DNA of 63,988 nt, filler included, from Diploschistes diacapsis (Eukaryota): assembly GCA_023645945.1 (NCBI GenBank). It is 9 parts of 9 records of this genome, joined end to end, with 100 filler letters (N's around TTAATTAATTAA, not from the genome) between each part and the next. Parts side by side here need not be neighbours in the genome. Positions count along the whole stretch, not along the records: positions 50,488 to 57,563 come from JALAIB010001319.1; positions 57,664 to 63,988 come from JALAIB010001411.1; 7 more parts are not named here. One strand, given 5' to 3'. Below the pieces are notes generated by a model, which did no database searches, was not told the DNA's origin, and saw nothing but the letters and a program-made list of their open reading frames with translations. Numbering within the stretch: the stretch's first letter is position 1; every line of letters starts with the position of its first letter. The position numbers and the translations under genes are program-made. Of the stretch, positions 52,877-63,988 are shown piece by piece.

Positions 52877-53733
52877 CCTTCAGGTCTATTATAGAAATGA
52901 CGACGTGAGCTGTTGTTGGGTTTGCGGAGGAGCCAAGCTCGAACCCCTTCAGGCGTTGGCAGGCGGCCGCAGTTTAGTGAGGGTAAATTAAAGGAACATT
53001 GAACGAGACATCAATAGCTGCTGCACTCTGCTAAGAAGACTAACTTAAAAAGCGCAAAGAACAAAAAGTGGTGAACTAGGTGCTTGTATTCAGAATTCAA
53101 CAGCTGGCAGAAAAATGTACAACGAATCTTTCTGCGCGAAGGCCACGTTGTTAGCTACCTGTATGGACAGGGGTAAATTATGTGGACCTGAGCCGCAACG
53201 CACGGACCCTCTTCGACTCGTGTTTTGTTTAGTAAGCATGAGACCGGGCCGGTGATGATCCAAGTAGCTGAACCCTATAAGCCGTTACTATTTCTACTGA
53301 TGGGCAACTTTCCTCATCCACAATTATCAGGAGAGTGAAACACATATTCTCAGTGGCTTGGAACATAAGGAAGACCACCTTGATTATCCAGATTGCTTTG
53401 TAAAAGTCATTAGCTATTCAATCCACAGACAAATGCTGCAAAGAAGAATAAGGGTTCTTTGGCGATCGTTTTGATTGAATTACTCTCAGTGTAACTTCAT
53501 TCTTTGGTTTCTTGCTTTCCACTGATCGGACATCATGAGGAAAGTATGTAAAGATGAGATTCTCTAGTGTCATTGCCGCCTCCGCAGCGCTTTTCGGCGG
53601 ATTCAGCAAGCTGCTGCTCTCGAGAAGAGGCCCGCCACTCATTGTTGCTCTTCATTCGTGTAAGTTGTGCCATGTGTGCTGGCTTGCGCAAGCTTAGAGT
53701 CGAGATAGGTGGCAAGTCAGCCTACTACTACTT

Positions 53734-54226
53734 GAGTCTTCGTCACGGGCAGCAGCAGTGGCGCCATCATGACGGACATCATGACCTGCGCTTACTCTGA
53801 CATGTTCTCTGGTGCAACAGTATACTCTGGCATGGCAGCCACTTGCTTCCTTTCGGCAGCCGGCACGGTCGATGGATGGAATGCTTCTTGCGCGCATGGC
53901 GACATGCAGACCAGTCAGTCTTACTGGACAGAAGTGCTCAGGCAATGTACCCAGGTCGTGGAGGCAATCATGTACCAATCCAGTTGTATCAAGGATCGGT
54001 TGATACGACTTCTTACCCACCAAATCTGTATGAAGAGATTAAACAACACTGGTCTGTGGGGTTATAATGCTATTGCAGAGACGAATCTGACAGACACGCC
54101 AAATCCTGATTACACGACCCAACCCATGTGTATGGCGACAATGTTCAGGGCATCTGGGCGGAGGGTGTTGGGCACACAGTGCCTGTGCAGGGTGATCAGG
54201 ATACGGCATGGTTTGGTATTTCGTAG
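53734..54226 (+). pseudogene. CE1 acetyl xylan esterase (AxeA-like) pseudogene, 5'-truncated and frameshifted
   Basis: VFVTGSSSGAIMT...WNASCAHG; then in shifted frames AMYPG...IQLYQGSVDTT..NLYEEIKQ, LWGYN...DTPNPDYT and YGDNVQGIWAEGVGHTVPVQGDQDTAWFGIS*. Confidence 0.85.
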
Positions 54227-55048
54227 CCGTGACACTGCAAACATTAGACCACTCGTAAATACTGAATGGGACGTTCTACGTAAATGGGAATCGGTTAAAC
54301 CGTTTTGCATACGTTCAGGTATTTTGATCACGTCGTTGGTTCGCTAAGGCAACATCAGCAATACCGAGGGTATCCAGGTGAGACGTTGCAAAGCCAACGA
54401 CTCGTGCGTTCAAGTAATCTAAGACACCAATGCATAGTTGATTGGTCAATGTATAGTCCCAAAGATACTGAGCGTTGAGCAGCAGGTGCTCGACTTACAA
54501 TTTCGACCCTCTGCAATAACAATGACAATGACAATAACGGGCGTCGTCTCTTAGAAAGGGGAGCAAGAAGATTCGTGGTTTCAGATATCGAGGAAGATCT
54601 CCAGGCTTAACTCCGGAATCTGCGGCTCTTGGCATTAGCTTAGCTTGATGCCCATGCACCTGGCAGTGTTTCACGGTGGCAGGGTGTATGACTAATACCC
54701 AAACCCCACAATAATCCGATATATCGCCATTGTATTCTTGCTTGCCATCCATCGTTTACAATCACACTTTGTCATCTGCTCTTTCCGTTACGATTACTCC
54801 GAACGCATCTCAATGACTGTCATTTCCCCAGTTGCTTATCTAGACTCGAAGCAATCTCATCTTTTATATTTCTCGTACAACGACCCGGTAGCCTGAGACG
54901 TGGCAAGTTCACTAGGCAGCTACCATCAACACCCCGCAACGCCTCAGTCAACTCTCTGGTTATCGTATGTCAAGTGCCACTTAATTCTTCATATAAATCT
55001 GTTCTTCACGAGCCTAAACATCGAGCCTGCCTAAAGCACGAGCCCACA

Positions 55049-56752
55049 ATGGCTCAAAGACAAAGGGGACCACGTGGGGGCAGGCACAACAACCACCTAT
55101 CTGCCAGGCTCTCTCATGGATCAGCTGCGAGGAAACTCTCTCCCACACCAATGGAGGATATTGTCCCACATAGTCGGAGCAATGCAGGAATCAAGAAGCG
55201 GTCTCCGGCTCCGGCCCGAGTTGATAGGAGCAACAGAGCTCTTGGCCAAAAATCTAATAACGTTCCGCCAGGCAGACATGGGCCAAAGGCTGCCCTGAGA
55301 AAAGCACCCGCTCAGAGCTCCGATGTCACGGACCTGCGAGCACGATTGAGAACGATGGTCAAGCGACGACATGATCCAGACACGAAATTCTTCGATCTCT
55401 CGTCATTGGGCAAGGACCCTGAGCTGGAGAACACTGGGATGTTTGAAACCCAATCTCGTGGAGCAAAATTCTTTCCTGCTTTCATGAGTGTTTGCGAGAC
55501 CGTTTTCCCTACCCCCTACAAGAGAAGGGAAGCTGTTGTCAGCGTCAGCCTGGCTGGAAACAACCTACCAAGCGTTGCGAACGTGACAACACTTGCGCAA
55601 ACGTTCCCACACATAAAGAACATTGATCTATCCAACAACAATCTCGGTGACCTTAAGGCCCTTGAGCCTTGGAGTCGCAAATTTAAATTTCTGGATCATC
55701 TTATCTTGACCGGCAATCCTATTGAGACCGTTCCAGACTTCCATCTCGAGCTGATGAAATGGTACCCAAACCTGCGAATGATAGATTCGGTCCAAGTTCG
55801 CTCTGATGAAGAGCTTTCTCAATCGCACAAGAAGAAGAGGAAATCTATCCCGGTTCTGCCACCTAATTTCCGTGACCAGGATGGCATTGCGGAGAACTTT
55901 GTCGTGCAGTTTTTCCCAGCATTCGACACTAACCGTGTTGCTCTCATTAATCACTACTACGGACCAACCTCGACATTCTCGGTGAGCGTCAACACTCACG
56001 CCCGCGCCATTAACAAAGATGTCCTTGCACCCTGGGAAGCTTGGATCAAGAAGAGTCGGAATCTCACCAAGATTACTAGTCAGAGCGGAAGAAAGTCACG
56101 CATATTTCAAGGAGTTGACGAAATTCGTGACACCTGGCTCTCTCTACCAGGATCCCTGCACCCCGATCCTCTCCTCGAGAATGAGAAATGGTGTATTGAA
56201 TGTCACGGCATACCTGGACTCCCAGATCCCACAGGGAACTCGTCAACTGGTGTCGGAGGACTCATTATAATTCTTCACGGAGAGTTCGGCGAGCTCAATG
56301 CTACAACAGGCCAGGAAGGTTGCCGTCGCTCATTCGACCGTACTTTCATCCTTGGACCAGGAAACACACCAAGCGGCATCCAGGTTCTGAACGACATGCT
56401 GGCAGTCCGTGCTTACGGTGGCTACGAAGCGTTCAAGCCTACTGTATCACCTCATCAGTCTCCTCGGATGGCTACTCAATCCTTGCCAGCACCTATCTTA
56501 CCAACAACTACCGTGAACAATGTGGAATTTCCACCAGGCCTTGTAGCTCCACCAGGCTTTGGGCTTCCGGCAGCTGACAAAACACCAGAACGAGTCCAAC
56601 AAGAGCTCCTAGCTCTTGAACTAAGCAAAGCTACCAGGATGACGCTCGACTTTTCAGTCATGTGTCTGACTGAGAGCAACTGGAACCTACAGCAAGCCGG
56701 CCAGACTTTCGAAAGTAATAGGGTCAATGTCCCGCCAGAGGCTTTCTGGTGA
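55049..56752 (+). CDS. MEX67: mRNA export factor Mex67, intronless
   Basis: LRR region (SVSLAGNNL, IDLSNNNL, LILTGNPI), NTF2-like region (WIKKSRNL, LHGEF, RSFDRTFILGP) and TAP-C/UBA (TRMTLDFSVMCLTESNWN...VPPEAF). Confidence 0.93.
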   Translation: MAQRQRGPRGGRHNNHLSARLSHGSAARKLSPTPMEDIVPHSRSNAGIKKRSPAPARVDRSNRALGQKSNNVPPGRHGPKAALRKAPAQSSDVTDLRARLRTMVKRRHDPDTKFFDLSSLGKDPELENTGMFETQSRGAKFFPAFMSVCETVFPTPYKRREAVVSVSLAGNNLPSVANVTTLAQTFPHIKNIDLSNNNLGDLKALEPWSRKFKFLDHLILTGNPIETVPDFHLELMKWYPNLRMIDSVQVRSDEELSQSHKKKRKSIPVLPPNFRDQDGIAENFVVQFFPAFDTNRVALINHYYGPTSTFSVSVNTHARAINKDVLAPWEAWIKKSRNLTKITSQSGRKSRIFQGVDEIRDTWLSLPGSLHPDPLLENEKWCIECHGIPGLPDPTGNSSTGVGGLIIILHGEFGELNATTGQEGCRRSFDRTFILGPGNTPSGIQVLNDMLAVRAYGGYEAFKPTVSPHQSPRMATQSLPAPILPTTTVNNVEFPPGLVAPPGFGLPAADKTPERVQQELLALELSKATRMTLDFSVMCLTESNWNLQQAGQTFESNRVNVPPEAFW

Positions 56753-57099
56753 TCTATTGCGACAAGATTTGTCGCTGACACTACTTGTTGATAGATTATT
56801 TGCAGCGACTATTAGAGCAGGAAGGAGAAGTGAAGAAGAAGATGTTGGGTAGGAAATGAATAGCGGATTTGAAAAAAGAATTTATGGGAATAGAAAGGAG
56901 TCCTTTTGATTGTGCACCAAAGTTGGAGTACAAATTGTGTGAACAGCAAAGGATTTGGGAGTTGCATTTTGAATTTGGATTTGGTATTGGAGCACATGGA
57001 AGATTGATTTATCAACGAGATACCCCAGAAACAAGGGAAGCATGGCACTGTCTAGCGTTTGTGTTTGTGTTTGTGTTATAGAGCAAGTTACCCCATGCT

Positions 57100-57210
57100 G
57101 AGCGTGGCTGCTTGAGAGGGAGAGACATCCAAGAAAGCGTCATTGCTAGAGAGCATGGCTGCTTGAGGAGGGAGATGCCCCCGAAGAAGCGTTATTGCTA
57201 AAGAGCATGG
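57100..57210. repeat. Degenerate ~52-bp tandem repeat (about 2.2 copies) downstream of MEX67
   Basis: gagcRtggctgcttgag...aagcgtYattgctaRa is repeated. Confidence 0.75.
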
Positions 57211-58446
57211 GTTGCCTTTGTTAGCAGTTTGATTGGAGCATTGAGCTTAAAGAACCGACCTGTTAGTTTAAGATTTGAATCACTAGGAGTGGAGGTTATT
57301 TAATAACCGAAGCACTTTTAGACATCTTTTCCTATCCAACCTATGCTGGAACGAAATTGTTTGCATCTGCCAAACTATCAGTGAACTATGGTCAGCGCTC
57401 CTTCTTCCAAAGTCATCATCTTGCCCGTCACCGAGTCAGTCTCCAATCTATATATATAAATTTAACGTACCACCACACCACACTCACGCCCTCGCCCACT
57501 TTCCCTCTGTCCCTCTCCTCAACCACAAACATCCACCCCCAACCCTCCCAAACCCCTTAAAACNNNNNNNNNNNNNNNNNNNNNNNNNNNNNNNNNNNNN
57601 NNNNNNNTTAATTAATTAANNNNNNNNNNNNNNNNNNNNNNNNNNNNNNNNNNNNNNNNNNNNTGTCACACTGTAGTATTAACCTGTTACATTAATACTG
57701 CTAACGTGTGTTTGTTTATTGGTTTATCCGGCTATTTTCCCTTTCCGGCCATTTTTTTAAAAAAAAAAAATCATTAAATTCTTTTATTCTTTTATATCTC
57801 AATATTTGCTATAAATCCTTTTACTGGCTTGGTTAACCTGGCCTAATCCTAAAGCGGCTAACTACTTTTTTCGGCGACAACGGGGTCGGCATTCAGCATC
57901 GACAAGGTTTTCGATTTGGATCAACAGGTCGATAGATAAAGCGGGGTAATATAACATGGCTGGGTAGTAATAACACCTTTGTCATCTCCAAATACTACAT
58001 TAATGATCAATGGTAGTAGGATGTTAGTGTATTAGTATCCAAAATGCCATTACGGGATTACTGCTTTATCTATGGCTGCTGGTTCCTCTTCGAAGTGGGA
58101 GTTTTACGGCGAATATTTGGATACAATAACATTGATCAAATTCAGCGCCATAGCTGTTTAATCAACCATATCAGTTGGGTAATTCCCCAGCGGGTTAGCG
58201 CTCAGAGGCAATGCTACTGATTACTATCGGTATTATTAACTAAATAGTTATCGTGAGATCGTGATGTTTTTTAGTATAACACTCTTTCACACCATATATA
58301 CGAAAGTTGGATACCGCATTCCATAAAGCACCACTATCCAGTTGACAGTGACCCATTACCGTAATCAGCCAGAATTCTATGATCAATCTTAGCATTCGCC
58401 CTTTCCCGACGGACCGGCTGGGATGGGACAAAAATTCTTTCCCAAC

Positions 58447-59660
58447 TTACCCGAAATCTGGTTTAATCTTCCCGTCCAACGAGTCAAAGATATCTCCAAC
58501 ATAATTCTTTGCGTCGATTCCCCCTTCGTACGTATCCGCCCAATGCGCTCTGATGTCTTTCACGATCTCGATCCCGGCTGCGTACATGTTCTCATACGAT
58601 AGTTCCAAGCCCCCGCAGTCGTCGTAGATTAGGTTCTGTACCGAACTCACGCCGGGCGGAGCACGATCGAAGTCCGAGGCCGTACGCATGACTATGATGC
58701 GGGAGAAGTCAACGCGCCCCGCGAGGGTGGCGCGGAGGAGCGATTCCAGCGTGCCGCTATCTTCCTGCGCGGTCATACAGTAGCGGCCTGTGCCGTTCGT
58801 GACAAGAGCGGTGTAGTTGGTAAAAGCATCGCCCAGTGTAGGGCCAGAGAACCAGTTGTCGCTGGAGGCGGTATCGCCCTTGAAGACGGAAGGGAGTTTT
58901 GCGGCCGCTTCAGCATGAGGGAACTGCGCACGGTACGTCTTGGCGAGGGCATTGTCTGAAAGTTTGGCTTTAGAGGCCAGTGCGACGGCGCGGTCGCGCA
59001 GGTTCGCGTTCAGCTCGAAGACTTCGGTGCCATAAATGTAAACAGGGTACTGGCCTGGAGCTTCGGTGCCCTGAGGTATGTATCCCGTGCTGTAGTTGGA
59101 AGGGATGTCCCGGGGATCAAGCTCATACTGCAGAGCGACCTGCACGACGTAGCGAGAAAAGGCAACGCTGCCTGTGGTACCACACGTGGGGTTGATGCCG
59201 GCATTACCGGCGACCATGAAGTAGGTTTTGGATAGGTCGAACAGGGCAGAGAACGCCAGCGCCATCAACGACGAAGCAGCATTAACCTGTCCCTCGCCAG
59301 TGGTAATCTCACACACGTCTCCAGCTGCCGTACAGTGGGCATCCGGGAACAGAGGCGAGAGTCCAGGCACTGTCACGTTGTTTGCATAGAGGTTGAGCGA
59401 CTGCTTGGAGAGCCATGTGTTCCCCTCACTATCATACTGAGACTGTCAGTCGACAAAGGTAGAGAAGCTCGCTTGGCTGGTATTACCATGTTAATAATGA
59501 AGAGTTTGGGCACTATCGTTCCATTCTCGCCGTCGCTTCTGCCCCAAAATTGCGACCTCGGGGCAACCGGTCTTGGCCGTCTTGTTCTGCGCGCATTGCC
59601 TCCCTCAATCAGAGGAACTAGTAATAACACTAAAGTAACAGAAAACAGCGATAATTGCAT
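58447..59660 (-). CDS. Purine nucleoside permease (NUP family), secreted
   Basis: Signal peptide; PKLFIINM|YDSE...VPGLSPLFP, TTGEGQVNAA, FDLSKTYFMVAGNAGINP, TAQED, MRTASDFDR. A GTAAGT at the 3' end may mark a further small exon. Confidence 0.9.
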
Positions 59661-59945
59661 TTCGAAGCTCAATGGACAGGAGTCGTTAACGGTAAGAACG
59701 AAGAGGAATGTATAGACGTTGGAGAGAAAAGCTCAAGTCATCCTCAGCCACCAACGAGAACGCAGAAACGGTCGTGGATGGGGATAATCAGGGTCCACGG
59801 GAATGCTTAAGCAAATGACTGAATAGAGAAGGTTTCATCGAAGCTTTGCTAACTGAGTAGAGGGATATAAGCGACCTTATTATGCTCTACAAAGATACAC
59901 CAGCAATCAAGTTGTGCTCAATTTGGCATCCGTTGGGATAGGAAG

Positions 59946-60166
59946 GTGCCAGTGCCAGGCCACATCCCTCCCTCCCGGATTCTCGGTTTGTCTCAGGAGC
60001 ACTACCTTGCGCCGCTCCTTCTCCATACAAACACATGTTAAGTTAAGCCTTCACAAATTCGTATATGCATTTTCTTAATAAGTTATATATAATGCATACA
60101 AATGATATGCGGAGAAGGAGCGCGCAGGTAAGACAAACCGCGAATTCTCTGCCCAGGACTAGGCAC
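59946..60166. mobile_element. Imperfect ~220-bp fold-back (MITE-like or long hairpin) upstream of the NUP gene
   Basis: CGGTTTGTCT/AGACAAACCG (59984-59993/60131-60140), CGCTCCTTCTCC/GGAGAAGGAGCG (60013-60024/60111-60122), inner TATGCATT/AATGCATA, outer GTGCC/GGCAC. Confidence 0.65.
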
Positions 60167-60700
60167 GGGAAACGGTTTGTTCCGTCGACTATTTTAAGCT
60201 GCCACTAAAGCAGTGTGAGTTGCATCAGGAAGCTGTTCCCAGAAGAAATTCATCACCTGGCATATTCATACGCTCTAAGAAGGCTAGAAACTCTTCCAGA
60301 CCTCCCGTCTGAACCCCACACCATCCTCCATGAGGAGGCCCTCTGGCGAAACATCAGCAAATCATACATTTCGGTTGTGCTGCGATCGTCGATTTAAAAA
60401 GGAGCCCAGAACAAAGATTATGCGGTGATTGGGTGCGGCGCCATACAATTAGGGGGTCTTTTGGCCCACCCAAAAAACGATCAACATCCTAGTTTGGACG
60501 TGTTAAAGACCGATTTCTTGGAATGAGACACGATCCACGCCATGATTTAATATAGGGAATATTTCATTAGTCTATCTAAAAAGGTGCTTTAAATACGAAT
60601 TTTGGAGCGACCTCGTCAAACAGTAAAATTACTTGATTTGATTTTATCGATTAATGAAGTCTAAATAGGTTGGTCCGACTAGCTTATAAGCTTATAGTAG

Positions 60701-60870
60701 TAGGCTGGCCGTTTCGTGCCACGGACAATGACACGGACACGGATACTACAATAAAATAAAAACACGGACACGGACACGGACACGGACAACGCAACTAAAA
60801 AAATTAAAATACGACGGACACTAATATTTTCATGAATACCGCGGTATCCGTGACAGTGTCCGTGTCCGTG
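60701..60870. mobile_element. Third copy (left end) of the TAGGCTGGCCGT element; right TIR not found
   Basis: TAGGCTGGCCGTTTCGTGCCACGGAC, ACACGG repeats, then inverted CCGTGT repeats near 60850-60870. Confidence 0.8.
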
Positions 60871-61808
60871 ATGGCTTATAATATATTTAAAAGATTCTAG
60901 AATGTTTTAAACCATAATATTGAACTTTAAAATACTTTAAAGTATTCAGCTTATTCATCCATGGGATAATCTTCAAAAAGAATATTTTATATTAATTATA
61001 TTAATTATATTAATCATTACTAATTATTACTAACGTTAAATCCGTCTATAAAGCGTCAATAGTCAATAGCAGGCTAGGCAGGCTAGGAATTAGCCATTAC
61101 CATCAGAGACCTGCGCACCTATCCGCCTACTTTTAACATATATCTTTGCATCCATCGTTAGTTAACTTGGTTAATTCAACAAATCGTATAAGCATGGGCC
61201 AAATCTGAGTGCCGCTTTTCAGAATTCACACGGGCGAAACTGATTAACGCTAAGTTTTCAATCTTAATAACAAAGTTAAATTTACAAGAAGAGAACAGGT
61301 GATCACGAACTTATATCCTATATCCCTCCACTTTTGCACCACCTGCTTCATCCTACAGCCAAAAAGTGGTGTGGGTAAAGGGTCGCACATCTCAAGCTAT
61401 CTTTCCACTCACTCTATTAAGCCTGCTCTGATGGGACACTGTTGCCCTTTTTTTTCTGAAAAGTATAGTCTTAGCAACTTATACCATCCTCCGCTTCCAC
61501 CAATCGTCATCAGCCTTCACTACCCCTCAATATGCATACATACTTTCCATGCACCCTCTTGTCGCATCAGAAACAAGACTGTTATGCATAATCTCGACAA
61601 CTAAGCTAAATGCAGCCTACTCACTATTCAGTTTCTGTCCACGTTGTTCGTGCGGCAAAGCGTTTTGACATCAGGTAGGGGGTGTCGTTCCTCAACTGTG
61701 GAATCCGTCATGTTTAAATAGCTTCTTGCTCGGCAGTCACTCTCGTTCTCGGAAAACCCCATTCCCTCAGCAGCCATCCAATACTGGAACTGCCACAAGT
61801 TTATAATC

Positions 61809-63225
61809 ATGGGCAGCATCGGAACCGATCAAAGTTCTTTTGCCATTGGATTCGCCTTTCCCATCCTAGGTGGAACCTGTGTTGGGCTTCGGTTCTATAC
61901 GCGCTATCTTAATAAAGCCGAAAGAAAGATTGACGACTGGCTTACAATACCTGCATTGGTTCGTTTCCGGATCTGGCGGGCGGGCGAGGAAAACAGGCTA
62001 ACATTCAAGAAGCTCTGCGTTACTGGCGATTGTATTTGTCTCCTGATCCGTAAACACTGCCCACATCATATTCTTTCATATGTTGATAATGTCTCCAACA
62101 GGAGCTTTTGAGGATTCCTTTGCCAGTCCCGATCCAGTGTTAGTAGCACAAGTAAGGAAGAGTAGCATTTCTTAAGCGATCATCATCTACTCCATCAGTT
62201 GCCGAGTCATTGACTTGACGCGGTTTTGTCCTAGGTCCTGGGCGCACTTGCCATCTTTTGGGCATTTGCGAATGCTCTGATCAAGCTCTCCATTCTTTTC
62301 TTCTACCGTCGCGTCTTTGTGGGCCGAGTATTCAATATCTGCACTTGGACTTTGATCGGCCTTTCAATCTTCTGGCTCATCTACGACACTGCGTGCTGGC
62401 TACTGTACTGCGGCACGGACGTTCGCGCCAATTTTGAAGGCCCCTGGGACAATTGTCCTTTTTGGGCCTTTCAGATACAGATCCCAGTCTTTGCGCTCGA
62501 TAGCTTCATCGACCTCTGTATCCTGATTCTACCTATTCCTTTCGTAAGTGCTTTCCCAAGGCGAGAAGGTACATCAACAACAGGGACAGAATTAACATGG
62601 AAAATCAGGTATGGAATTTACAGTTATGCATTGCAAAGAGGGCTGGTCTAATCGTGATTTTCCTTCTTGGAGGCTTGTACGTGACGTGTTTGTCCTCCAA
62701 TTCGTCGAGCCCGGCTGACGCTGATTAGCACTTTCGTCGCAGGCCTCAGCAATACTGTGGTTCAGATAATATATCTGACTCAACCTCAGTTCGCCGAGGA
62801 CGCTATAGGGGGCAGCTTTTTCCAAGGTCCGTATGCCAGTCCCTGTACAGCAGCAACGGCAGAGAGATCTGTTCCATAGCGCTTGCCTTTCCCTCAAGGA
62901 TGTTTCCTGACCTTGTACAGGAACGTCCATTCTCATTTACAACTGGCCATCTCTGGAGGTCGGGGTGGGCCTTATAGCATGCAATCTTCCAAGCCTCAGT
63001 TTCCGTGTCGTTAGCTCGCTGCCTCAGCAAGTAAAGCACGCTTGGGACATTTCAGTGACCAGAATACGGGAACATACGTCAATGTGGTCAGTGAGGTCAT
63101 CCTCCCAGGGGGGAGAGAGGACTTCAAATCTTCGCAGCACCGAGACCAACGACTCACGCATCGACGAGATGAAAGGCGGATATATCGCCAAGGTATGGGT
63201 GCACCAGAGCTCAGACCGTTACTAG
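61809..63225 (+). CDS. PTH11-like integral membrane receptor, multi-exon
   Basis: VGLRFYTR...IDDWLTIPAL, IKLSILFFYRRVF, DSFIDLCILILPIPF|VWNLQL, WPSLEVGVGLIACNLPSL. Confidence 0.88.
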
Positions 63226-63988
63226 CTGGGTTTTGCTTATTGATGTGGCCGTCGCTGAATGAATTTTACTTATTTCCGTGTTGGTTGGGGGTTCTTGCTC
63301 AATGTAAAGAATGTTGCATCTTAACTAGCTCATGCATTGCCCTTGACTCTGAGCAACTTTTTTCTTGGAAACTTCAGATGGAGAAAACCACCCATCGCTC
63401 AAGATTACCAGGCCTGTAATAGATCTTGCTGGATGCTTTCTGAATCCGGCAGCCTTTCCCGATTCCAACTCCCTGCAAGCTTGGGAACCGGAACGAAATT
63501 CATTGTTCAGCGCGGGCAATGCATGCACACACGTTTACCAAGCTGCAACCGAGTTGCAAAGACCGAGTATTGATACTAAATCGTCCTGCAAGTTCTTGAA
63601 CGCCCATCATGCTTTTGGGAAATACTGGCACCTTTCCCGTACAAGTCCAACCCACGGCATGGCAAGAAGCTAGAACAGGGGAGGCGACAAAAGCAGACCT
63701 GCCTTCCACACGAGGCTGCTGCGCCCCAAGGGAGATGGGCCAAACCACCCGTAGCCTCTCCGGCAGACCATTGCACGCTTTGCCGGAGAAAGAAAGAAAG
63801 AAATGTCGCGCGTCAAACTGTTGTTTTTTTTCTTCGGAAAAAGAGACGACATCACCGAGGAACCTCGTACCCAATCCCATGATATATAGCCCCAGAAAAG
63901 AATGTCTTCGCCTCCCCGAGAGAACTTCGATAGCGGCCTCGCTCCTGACCTTTCCCTACCTACCCACCCGCCCACCTCCATCGAAACT

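Overview
Filamentous ascomycete (Pezizomycotina-type) genomic DNA with short GT-AG introns and CTRAC branch sites. The window is not one locus. It is nine contigs joined by identical 100-nt linkers (44 N + TTAATTAATTAA + 44 N). Contig lengths fall monotonically (>=7150, 7147, 7126, 7113, 7091, 7080, 7080, 7076, then truncated), so gene order across gaps is meaningless. Housekeeping genes: SET1, NAD-GDH, DED1, cyclophilin B, mitochondrial uS13, a DUF676 lipase, ATG7, dCMP deaminase, endosulfine/IGO, ERV46 and MEX67. Accessory genes: a SNF2 helicase, the N-terminus of a probable NACHT protein, a histidine phosphatase, two PTH11-like receptors, an SMP-30 lactonase, acetolactate decarboxylase and a purine nucleoside permease. 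Also present are two pseudogenes (MDR reductase, CE1 acetyl xylan esterase), RIP-like mutated chromoviral Gypsy relics with a 200-bp LTR, and several MITE-like elements. The main result is a probable unannotated telomerase RNA gene (about 46000-47812, + strand) in the ORF-poor region next to the endosulfine gene. It has a 1.5-repeat template AACCCUAAC, a template-boundary stem, two nested long-range core-enclosing helices, a candidate pseudoknot and a P5/P6/P6.1-like three-way junction. All structures were paired by eye; no database searches or folding programs were run.
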